A stretch of DNA of 64,000 bases, taken from assembly GCF_044342065.1 (NCBI RefSeq), contig NZ_JBIIQN010000010.1, forward strand, positions 3,764 to 67,763, written 5' to 3'. Shown here one piece after another: positions 17,280 to 25,809 of the stretch. This DNA is from Aquirufa sp. (GTDB taxonomy: Bacteria > Bacteroidota > Bacteroidia > Cytophagales > Spirosomataceae). Each line of letters begins with the position of its first letter. The first letter of the stretch is position 1. The notes beneath the pieces were generated by a model that worked only from the letters and a program-made list of their open reading frames with translations, was not told the DNA's origin and searched no databases. The translations under genes and the position numbers were made by a program.

Positions 17280-18224
17280 ATGAAAAAACTTATACTACTA
17301 TTTGTCCTATTAGGCTTTTATTTTGTCTCTTTTGGTCAAGCTAAAAAGCCTACCATCATGATTGTCCCAAGCGACAATTGGTGTTTTCAAAATGGATTTT
17401 TACTAGAAAATAATAACCAAGGTGTTCGTGTTCGCGTGCCTGATTACAAAAGGGCGCTCATCGAAAACGCTGAGCTATTAACCGTAATCAGTACCATTAA
17501 CGGCTTGATGGCAGAACGCGGATTTCCATTGGAGAACTTAGAGTCAGTTATCAAAGGGCTTGAGGATGAGGCTTTGGAAAATCAAACACTTACTTCAAAA
17601 TCAGGTGCTGCCATTTCTGAGTCTGTTTCTGATAAATTAAAAGCCAAAGCCAAAGCGGATATTATCATTCAATTGGGTTGGACGATTTCTAAATCGGGTT
17701 TCAACAAGTCGGTAACCTTTAATTTACAAGGTTTAGATGCTTATACGAACAAGCAAATTGCGACCGGTGTAGGGACTGGAGAGCCATCTTCAAGTGCCGA
17801 TGTAAATGTCTTATTGCGTGAAGCTGTCCTTGCGCACATTGATAATTTTAATGCAACCTTGATGACACACTTCAATGACTTATTTGAAAATGGGCGTGAA
17901 GTGGTGTTACGAGTAAAGAAATTTGATAGCTGGGAGGATGACTTGGAAACGGAATTCAATGACAAGGAATTGCTTGAGTACATAGAGGAGTGGATGCAAA
18001 AAAACACAGTGAAAGGACGTTTTAATATTTCGGATTCATCTGCTGACATGATGGTGATGAAGCAAGTCCGCATCCCGATGTTTGATGCCAATGGAAATGC
18101 GCTTGATGCCTATGCCTTTGCACGTGGCCTATCAAGGTATTTAAAAAATGCACCATTTGGCATTGTGAATAAGTTGGAACGCAATGGCCTTGGTGGAACC
18201 ACAATCATCTTAGGAAGTAAATAA
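17280..18224 (+). CDS. DUF6175-like family protein
   Basis: KKPTIMIVPSDNWC...AKADIIIQLGW...TFNLQGLDAYTNKQIA..GTG; signal peptide. Confidence 0.75.
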   Translation: MKKLILLFVLLGFYFVSFGQAKKPTIMIVPSDNWCFQNGFLLENNNQGVRVRVPDYKRALIENAELLTVISTINGLMAERGFPLENLESVIKGLEDEALENQTLTSKSGAAISESVSDKLKAKAKADIIIQLGWTISKSGFNKSVTFNLQGLDAYTNKQIATGVGTGEPSSSADVNVLLREAVLAHIDNFNATLMTHFNDLFENGREVVLRVKKFDSWEDDLETEFNDKELLEYIEEWMQKNTVKGRFNISDSSADMMVMKQVRIPMFDANGNALDAYAFARGLSRYLKNAPFGIVNKLERNGLGGTTIILGSK

Positions 18225-18226
18225 AT

Positions 18227-19327
18227 ATGAAAAAATTACTTTTCATTTTTTTAGGACTTTGCATTGCCCAGGTTGCAATGAGTCAGAATAGTTTGGGTAA
18301 AACGGATGATTTAGGTCGGATTACCTTATCTGTTTACATGCCGGAACAGGTGGAAGGTTTGCCGGAAATCTCCAAAGATTTTTTGGCTTCTAAACTAAGT
18401 CAAATTGTTTCTGAGTCGGGCATTGGTTCTTCCAGCGAAGGCAATCGATTTATCATTACGCCTAAGATTTCAATTACCAATAAAAACATCACGACAGGGG
18501 CTCCTTCATATACCTTGATTGATATGGATTTAACCTTGAATATCGGTGATGGGGAATCCGGAACAAAGTTCGATTCCTACACGGTGAGTTTAAAGGGCAT
18601 GGGCTTAAATGACATAAAAGCCTACCAGGCCGCGTTTAAGTTGATAAACGCGAAAGATGCTAAATTCAAGCAATTTCTTGTGAATGGGAAGAGTCGTATT
18701 ATCCAATATTATAATGATCAATGCGACTATCTGCAAGAGCGCGCAACTGCACTTAAAGGCTTAAATCAACATGATGATGCGATCTTGTTGTTATCAGCCG
18801 TTCCAGAAGTTTGCAAGGAATGTTACCAAAAGAGTTTGGCATCGATGACCAAAATTTACGAAGATAAGTTGGAGTTGAATTGTGAAACGAATTTGGCGCA
18901 GGCCAAATCATATTTAGTATCTGGACGATTTGAAGAGGCGGTTGAATTAGTGCAATTTATCACCCCTCGCCAAAAGTGCTATCCTCAGGTAAAAAGTCTA
19001 TTAACTGATATTCAAGATCGTCAGTGTGCTGTTTTATTGGGCAAAGCAAAAGCCAGTTGGGCCGTTCGCAATGTAAACGAAACCCAAAATTATTTGAAGG
19101 ACATCTCAGCTGATTCCAAGTGTTCTGGCGAGGCTATTGCTTTGATTAAAGAAATAGGTGACTGGTACCAACTTAATGAAAAGCGTGCTTGGACATTGGA
19201 GTTGGCTCGTCAGAAAGACGAGTCTCGCGTGCGTTTGGCTGAAATCAATGCCATCCGTCAGGTTGCGATAGCCCAGGCTAAGAATCAGCCGAAGGTTTAT
19301 GTGAAATATAATGTTTATGGGTGGTAG
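18227..19327 (+). CDS. Conserved secreted protein with Cys-containing TPR-like helical C-half
   Basis: Signal peptide; IIQYYNDQC, LSAVPEVCKECY and repeated C...L..AK helical units. Confidence 0.7.
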   Translation: MKKLLFIFLGLCIAQVAMSQNSLGKTDDLGRITLSVYMPEQVEGLPEISKDFLASKLSQIVSESGIGSSSEGNRFIITPKISITNKNITTGAPSYTLIDMDLTLNIGDGESGTKFDSYTVSLKGMGLNDIKAYQAAFKLINAKDAKFKQFLVNGKSRIIQYYNDQCDYLQERATALKGLNQHDDAILLLSAVPEVCKECYQKSLASMTKIYEDKLELNCETNLAQAKSYLVSGRFEEAVELVQFITPRQKCYPQVKSLLTDIQDRQCAVLLGKAKASWAVRNVNETQNYLKDISADSKCSGEAIALIKEIGDWYQLNEKRAWTLELARQKDESRVRLAEINAIRQVAIAQAKNQPKVYVKYNVYGW

Positions 19328-19331
19328 GTAA

Positions 19332-21143
19332 ATGGCGTCTAAGCACATATATACGTTTTTTTGCTTAGTCTGCTTAGTAGTGAGTAGTTTAGAATTGCGC
19401 GCACAAGTTCCCCTGGATTCGATCCCGGTTACCGGCGATTGGGAATCAGCGGGTTTTATTCAAGATAGCCCAGATATGCGTGTTGAAATCGAATATCGCC
19501 TACAAAAAAACTCTTGCGATGTGGCTGGTTTTGGGAATACCAATCACCAGTTTCGATTTAAGATTGAATCGCTAAAAAAAATCTTAGGTTTTGATCGGTA
19601 TTTGACCTTTAAGATTATGTTTGAGGATTGTTCAGGGGTATTGATTTGTAAAACGGTCAACTTGAATGTGGGCGTGAAGCAGAAAAATGATCGATGGGAT
19701 GGGATTCAGCCTCTTTTGGACCCCAACTCAGATAATTCATTCACAGGGCGCAGATTAATCAAAGCATTTTATGACGTAAATCTTCGTTGGGAGAAGGATC
19801 CGACCAAAGATTCAGAGTGCTTACTCGTGAATCCTGCCACCTTAGAAGTGCCTAGTGGAGGGCGGCCAACCGGCGGTGTCACAACACCAGGAACGCCAAG
19901 GCCTCCTATGATTTATGAGATGGCCAGTTCCATTGGAATAAAAGCAAAGAAACTAAATTGTCCGGGAGCAGAAGTAGCGTTTTATCCTGTCGGAGGGAAA
20001 AAGGATGATTTGATTAAATATCATTGGTCCAAGAACACCTGTGAAGGCGAGCAAATTTGGGCTGGAGATACCTTGGTGGTAAGTCCTACCGAAACGACTG
20101 CATATTATTTGAAGATGGTGGGCCCCAAGGCACCAACTAAGTGCATTAGTATCAATTATGTGGTAAACCCCTTGCCGGTAAATAACCTTAATTACAATAA
20201 AAATGTATTGCCTAATCAAGGGGGTATTATTATCAATATCGAGCGATCGGAAAAAATCAGCAGTATTCCAGTTTCTTGGTATTGGGATTCCATAGACCCG
20301 GCACATCGCTTCGCTTCAAATGAATTTTTATTGATTGATAAGGAATTTAAGCCAGGTAAAAAGTACTATTATCGATTTGAGAATGCATGTGGTGCAAGTA
20401 ATGCGAAGCTCGTGACATTTGCGGATGTAAATTGGTCATCTGAGCCATTGCCTGATAGTAATCCAAATGCATCATCTGAAACTAGCGCTGTTGTAGGATC
20501 GAATCAGACAGAGCAAGAGGCAGCGCCCGAGGTTGCTTCTGAGCAAAAATTACCGATATTCAAGCCTGCCGTTACGCCTACATCAGAAACGCCAGCGTCA
20601 AATACAAGCTTCTATGTAGGAGGAGGTATCCTTAGTGGGGGAAATTCAGCCATTCAACCGTTCTATGTCATGGCAGGTATAGGAAAAGCTGATGCGTATA
20701 AGGTATACCTTCGTTACAAAAAGGCTAGTTTAGGTACTTTAGGTACGGTTTCATCAAATTTGGAGACGAATAATTCAAAAATCACAAACTTCCCTGTAAA
20801 TACGAATACCTATTATATTATTTCAGATAAGGTGGCTTCTCAGCGTGTTTCCTATACATTAGGTTATATGAAGGAATTCCGAGGATTTAATGTATATGTT
20901 GGTGGAGGAATGGGCAATAACGATGTTTATTGGAATGCGCAGACCTTCAGCTATGCAAATCCGGGTTTACGTATTTCTGACTCTTGGGTTAAGAATGTAG
21001 TACAGTCGGCAAATGGCCTTGAGGCTGAGGTAGGAGGAACAGTTAAGTTTAAGAATGTTAATTTACAGGGGGGAATTAATTTGATTAAAGGGGCGAGTAG
21101 TTTGTTTATTTCCGCTGACTTTGGTGTAGGATTTACGTTTTAA
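19332..21143 (+). CDS. Outer-membrane beta-barrel protein with N-terminal Ig-like passenger domains
   Basis: Signal peptide; Ig-like repeat (C.G..V.F...KYHW...VSPTETTAYY); P/S/T linker; amphipathic strands ending ADFGVGFTF. Confidence 0.65.
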   Translation: MASKHIYTFFCLVCLVVSSLELRAQVPLDSIPVTGDWESAGFIQDSPDMRVEIEYRLQKNSCDVAGFGNTNHQFRFKIESLKKILGFDRYLTFKIMFEDCSGVLICKTVNLNVGVKQKNDRWDGIQPLLDPNSDNSFTGRRLIKAFYDVNLRWEKDPTKDSECLLVNPATLEVPSGGRPTGGVTTPGTPRPPMIYEMASSIGIKAKKLNCPGAEVAFYPVGGKKDDLIKYHWSKNTCEGEQIWAGDTLVVSPTETTAYYLKMVGPKAPTKCISINYVVNPLPVNNLNYNKNVLPNQGGIIINIERSEKISSIPVSWYWDSIDPAHRFASNEFLLIDKEFKPGKKYYYRFENACGASNAKLVTFADVNWSSEPLPDSNPNASSETSAVVGSNQTEQEAAPEVASEQKLPIFKPAVTPTSETPASNTSFYVGGGILSGGNSAIQPFYVMAGIGKADAYKVYLRYKKASLGTLGTVSSNLETNNSKITNFPVNTNTYYIISDKVASQRVSYTLGYMKEFRGFNVYVGGGMGNNDVYWNAQTFSYANPGLRISDSWVKNVVQSANGLEAEVGGTVKFKNVNLQGGINLIKGASSLFISADFGVGFTF

Positions 21144-21145
21144 TT

Positions 21146-23419
21146 ATGAGACACATTGTATTTTTTATCGGAATCGTTTTCGCCATTTGTTCTTGTACCA
21201 AATTGGAAGACCCCATATTGGGCTTAACGAATCGAGTAGAAATATCAACCAGTACACCAGTTACGGCCATTGGCCCTGATACGGCTTTTGCGGGGGGAAT
21301 AATCAAAACCGATGGCGGGGAAAGCATCATCGAGCGAGGGGTTGTTTGGAGTACAAGTGCTAATCCTACGATTTCGGGTAAGGACCGACGTAAAGCAGGG
21401 GCTGGATTGGGTAACTTTTTAGTTCAAATAGATACCTTAATTCCATTTAGAGATTATTTTGTCAGGGCCTATGCGACAAACTATTATGGTACGGTATATG
21501 GCCAACAAGTTACCTTTAAGACCATCAAAGGAAGACCTCGACTAGGAAACAGCTTTTCGATGTCGAGGGATGCCTACAATATTAAGTTGGCAGGCACCTT
21601 AGCGAATGACGGAGGAGAACCTGTAGAATCTCGAGGATTTTGTATATCCGTAAATCCCTTACCCACTATTCTACTGACTGGTAATAATAGTCAAAATCGT
21701 GTTGTGCCCGTTACTACGAGTGCGTCTTATTTTGAAACGACCGTAGGGGGGCTCTTGCCCAAAACGAATTATTTTATTCGATCCTATGCCACCAACAGAA
21801 ACGGTACGTCTTACGGGAAGCAATTTCAAGTGACGACTGAGATGGGTCCACCAAAGATCGACCCAATCGTTATTTCAAATAAAGAGGCAACCAGTGTTAG
21901 GTTAAGGATGAAAATCACGTCGGCTGAAGGTGGAAGGATTGTAAGGTATGGTTTTGCAATATCGTCAACGAATAAAAGTCCTCTCTTTAGCCAAGAAGGT
22001 TCGGAGGTAAGGTTGTATGAGAATAGTTTAACTAGGAACATGCTTTCAATTCTGTCTAGAGACCCATCGGGTAGTGGGACTTTTGAGGTTGACGTTAAGG
22101 ATCTTAAAGCTGGAACTACGTATTATGTAACCGGCTATGCAATAAATGAAAGTGAGGATAAGATCAACAAAAATACGCATACAGATGTGCAAGTGTTTAC
22201 GACGAAGGGACCACCGAGCGTTGTGAACATTAATTCGAGTGGCTTGAGTTATTACTCATTTATTGCCAATGCTCGGATATTGGGTGATGGGGAAAGCCCG
22301 ATTAGAGAAATGGGATTTTATGTCAGTACCAATCCAGATCCTAGAATTAACCCGCGCGTGTTTCCTGTGGGAGTAAAATTGGGTGATTTCTCCAGTTTAA
22401 TTACGTCATTAGATGCAGGTAAATTTTACTATTTTACGGCTTTTGCACGAAACGATTTTGGATTAACAATTGCCAGCAATCCTGTAGCTGTTCTCACGCT
22501 GGCAAATACGAAACCTGTGATAAATAGAGCACCAACCCCTGGTGTATTTATAGGAAAGGGTATTCCAGTTTCAGCAATTATTGATTCTGATGGGGGATTA
22601 CCAATATCGGAACGCGGGTTTTACTATAGCACAAATCCTAATTCATTCACCTTTAAGGAAAGCTCCAGTTCAATCCAAGGGTTTCCCCAAGGAGAATATT
22701 CGAATACTATTAGCAATAATATCGTATTTGGGAATGTACAGTATTATGTGTGGGCATTTGCGAGAAATGCTTTTGGGGAGACCATTGGTCAGATAAGAAG
22801 TACTTTCACAACACCCAATAAGACTACTCCAATTGTCAGAAATGATAAAGTGGTTCCAGGGGCACGTTCAGCTACGGTAAACGGTATAATCGATTCAGAT
22901 GGATTTGGAACGATATCTTCCTCCGGATTTCTATGGGCAAATAATGCTTCCATGTCAGGAGCAACGACTATTTCAGGCTCAATAAATCTTCCTAATTTCT
23001 CAGGGACGATATCGGGTTTATCTCCTAATACGAATTATTGGTTTCAAGCCTTCGCAAATAACGAAATAGGGCGTTCGACTTTGCCTGTGGTAACTAGTTT
23101 TAAAACATTGTGCGAGGCTGCTGGAGTATCCTATTCGTCAGTCAGCGCAAGTACAACGTCTTTGCTTATTACGTATAATTTAACAAGCTTAGGAGGAGAT
23201 TCCAATGTTACAAGAGGAGTTTGTTTTAGTTCTACAAATACGAATCCTCAATTAAATGGCGCTGGTGTTTCAAGTTCGGTCGGGACACAATCAACAACGG
23301 GTTTATTCCAGGCTAGTGCCACAGGACTAATATCACGAAGGACTTACTATGCTCAGGCGTATGCCACCAATTGTTTTGGTACGGTATACTATGGTGTAAG
23401 AACTTTCACAACACTTTAA
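21146..23419 (+). CDS. Lipoprotein with seven fibronectin type III-like repeats
   Basis: Lipobox ICSC; seven ~95-aa units with DGG..I.ERG..ST..P...L.P.T.Y.VRAYA.N..G..YG...FTT. Confidence 0.85.
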   Translation: MRHIVFFIGIVFAICSCTKLEDPILGLTNRVEISTSTPVTAIGPDTAFAGGIIKTDGGESIIERGVVWSTSANPTISGKDRRKAGAGLGNFLVQIDTLIPFRDYFVRAYATNYYGTVYGQQVTFKTIKGRPRLGNSFSMSRDAYNIKLAGTLANDGGEPVESRGFCISVNPLPTILLTGNNSQNRVVPVTTSASYFETTVGGLLPKTNYFIRSYATNRNGTSYGKQFQVTTEMGPPKIDPIVISNKEATSVRLRMKITSAEGGRIVRYGFAISSTNKSPLFSQEGSEVRLYENSLTRNMLSILSRDPSGSGTFEVDVKDLKAGTTYYVTGYAINESEDKINKNTHTDVQVFTTKGPPSVVNINSSGLSYYSFIANARILGDGESPIREMGFYVSTNPDPRINPRVFPVGVKLGDFSSLITSLDAGKFYYFTAFARNDFGLTIASNPVAVLTLANTKPVINRAPTPGVFIGKGIPVSAIIDSDGGLPISERGFYYSTNPNSFTFKESSSSIQGFPQGEYSNTISNNIVFGNVQYYVWAFARNAFGETIGQIRSTFTTPNKTTPIVRNDKVVPGARSATVNGIIDSDGFGTISSSGFLWANNASMSGATTISGSINLPNFSGTISGLSPNTNYWFQAFANNEIGRSTLPVVTSFKTLCEAAGVSYSSVSASTTSLLITYNLTSLGGDSNVTRGVCFSSTNTNPQLNGAGVSSSVGTQSTTGLFQASATGLISRRTYYAQAYATNCFGTVYYGVRTFTTL

Positions 23420-23486
23420 AAATAAAGGCCAATAAATTAGTATAACAAGTTCTATGAATTAATTATAAGGAAGTTTTTTCCGAGGC

Positions 23487-24932
23487 TTATTTCTTTGATG
23501 AAGCATAAATGCCTATCACCTGCGCATCAAAATTACCATCACTTTGACTAGCAAAAACCGTTGAACCTGGATTGTTTTGCATCACGGAACTACAACTCTC
23601 ACACCCTAAATCCACTGGGCCAAAATACAAGCCCAACTTAATGATGTTCGAAGGCGATGAGCGCTCTTCAAAACGGCATGAAAACCTACGCGATGCTAGA
23701 TTGAGTTGGACATCCACGGGATATAGGTATGGGTTGTTACTTAATATTCGTTCGGATTCTTTCTTTATTTTTGCACTTAGGGCAGGGAGACTTGATCCGC
23801 GTACTGATATTTCTGATATAGACTTTTTCTCTTTTTTAGGCTTTTTCTCTTTTTCCTTATTTGAAATAACCGGTGCATCAGCTACTATAAGTGAGTCTGT
23901 AGCAGTTTCCACCTTTGGTGTATCTCTAGTAAAATAATACCCTCCACCTGCGACAATCAGTAATGCAGCAACAGCTCCAATGATTACATTTTTATTCTGC
24001 CAAATTGAGGTAGGTAATGCCGCTTCATATTCAGCATCTTGTTCAACATGGGGTAAATTTAAAGCAGGCGACGTAGTAATTTTAGTGGCAGCTGGTTTAA
24101 AATCCGGATTTCCGATTTGGTTAAGGGCTTCTAAAAATTCCTCACAGGTCTGAAAACGATCCTTTTTTTCTTTCTGTGTGGCATGTTGAATAATCGCATT
24201 TAGTTCTTCTGATGCAAATTGATAGATACTTTGAACGCTAGGTAGTGCTTGTTTGGTAATCTCTAAATAGATGTCAAGTTCTGTATTGTATTTTGCATAG
24301 GGATTCATACCTGTCAACATCTGAAAGAGCGTAACCCCTAAGGAGTAGATGTCACTTAATTTATCCAAGGCCTCGCCACGAACTTGTTCAGGGCTCATGT
24401 AATAAACGGTTCCCATTTGGGTGCCATCTTTGGTTAAATCTCGGTTGTTCCCATCCAATATTTTGGCAATACCAAAGTCTAAAATTTTCACCGTTTGGAA
24501 GTCCCGTGAGATGATGATGTTGGATGGCTTCACATCCCGGTGTACGATTTTTTTCTTATGGGCATAGGCAAATCCCTTCAACATGCCACTAAAAATTTTA
24601 ATCGCATTTTCCGTTGGGATGGGACCAGACTCCTTGATGATGTATTCATCCAGCGGGATCCCTTCCACGTATTCCATAATCAAAAAGCAGCCGGCATCAT
24701 TTTCCTCGTAATCATACATTTCGACGATGTTGGGATGCTTTAATCCCGACATCGTTTTAGCCTCATTTAAGAATCTTGATTTGATTTGCTCATTACGCAG
24801 TAAGCGCTTATGCAAAGATTTAATCGCCGCTTTTTTATCGACGTGAATATGTTGCGCAAGGTATACTGATCCCATACCACCTTCTCCTAAGACGGAAATT
24901 ACTTTGTAGTTGGCAATAATGGCATTTATCAT
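23487..24932 (-). CDS. Transmembrane Hanks-type Ser/Thr protein kinase with an extracytoplasmic CESC domain
   Basis: GEGGMGSVY, AAIK, HRDVKPSN, DFG, GTVYYMSPE, DIYSLG; TM VIIGAVAALLIVAGGGYYF; 107-aa C-terminal domain. Confidence 0.95.
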   Translation of the reverse strand: MINAIIANYKVISVLGEGGMGSVYLAQHIHVDKKAAIKSLHKRLLRNEQIKSRFLNEAKTMSGLKHPNIVEMYDYEENDAGCFLIMEYVEGIPLDEYIIKESGPIPTENAIKIFSGMLKGFAYAHKKKIVHRDVKPSNIIISRDFQTVKILDFGIAKILDGNNRDLTKDGTQMGTVYYMSPEQVRGEALDKLSDIYSLGVTLFQMLTGMNPYAKYNTELDIYLEITKQALPSVQSIYQFASEELNAIIQHATQKEKKDRFQTCEEFLEALNQIGNPDFKPAATKITTSPALNLPHVEQDAEYEAALPTSIWQNKNVIIGAVAALLIVAGGGYYFTRDTPKVETATDSLIVADAPVISNKEKEKKPKKEKKSISEISVRGSSLPALSAKIKKESERILSNNPYLYPVDVQLNLASRRFSCRFEERSSPSNIIKLGLYFGPVDLGCESCSSVMQNNPGSTVFASQSDGNFDAQVIGIYASSKK

Positions 24933-24941
24933 AATATGAAC

Positions 24942-25736
24942 TTATAACAGTGAAATGAGCGCTTTTTTAAATTCCAAACAAGTTGGGTAGCGGTGAATCG
25001 GATTAACTTGAGTAGCCTTTTTAATGCAATTTGCTAAATTAACAGGAAAATTAGCGGGACCGATGCCCTCGAGTTCCCCATCGAGTTTTTTAGCGAAAAC
25101 TTCATCAATGTTAAGCTTGGGATCAAACGGCGCTTTTCCCTTGAGTAGATAAAATAGGGTAACCCCAAGTGAATAGATGTCGGAAAGCTGCGTGACATTT
25201 GCATTATTCACTTGTTCCGGACTCATGTAGTAGGGGCTACCTACAAACATGGATGGATTAATCTGTGTGGTATTTCGGGATATCCCAAAGTCAATTACTT
25301 TGATATTCCCATCAGGTTTAATCATGATGTTCGCTGGCTTCAAATCAAGGTGAAGAACAGGAAATTGCCTCATGTGCGCATAATGAATGGCATCCGCAAT
25401 TTGAATCATGATTTGAATAGCCAATGCTTGCGGTATTCCCTTCGGATAATTTTTCTTTACGTATTCATCTAAGGTATTCCCCTCGATGTACTCCATGACG
25501 AGGTAAGGAGGGTTGAAATTGAATCCCTTTAGGGTAACGATATTTTGATGATTCAGATAGAGGTATTGATTTGCCTCAAATTGAAATTTATCAAGCGCTA
25601 CAGCATTGCTATGAAAAGATTGCCTTAATACTTTAATCGCCACAGGAAACCCTGTGTACGTGTCAACAGCCAGGTATACAATCCCAGAGGCCCCTTCACT
25701 TAACGTTTCAATGGTATCGTACTGTCCTAATCTCAT
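24942..25736 (-). CDS. Soluble Hanks-type Ser/Thr protein kinase (non-RD)
   Basis: SEGASGIVY, VAIK, HLDLKPAN, DFG, GSPYYMSPE; no TM. Confidence 0.92.
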   Translation of the reverse strand: MRLGQYDTIETLSEGASGIVYLAVDTYTGFPVAIKVLRQSFHSNAVALDKFQFEANQYLYLNHQNIVTLKGFNFNPPYLVMEYIEGNTLDEYVKKNYPKGIPQALAIQIMIQIADAIHYAHMRQFPVLHLDLKPANIMIKPDGNIKVIDFGISRNTTQINPSMFVGSPYYMSPEQVNNANVTQLSDIYSLGVTLFYLLKGKAPFDPKLNIDEVFAKKLDGELEGIGPANFPVNLANCIKKATQVNPIHRYPTCLEFKKALISLL

Positions 25737-25809
25737 TGGATTTTATCGAATTATTTTATGAGGCGATTGATTTAAATCTTTAAATGAGTACTTTAAATTA
25801 ACGACTAGT

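Noticed and set aside
23490-23810. CESC as a c-type heme attachment site
   Set aside because: CxxCH requires His after the second Cys; the two copies have Ser and Val.
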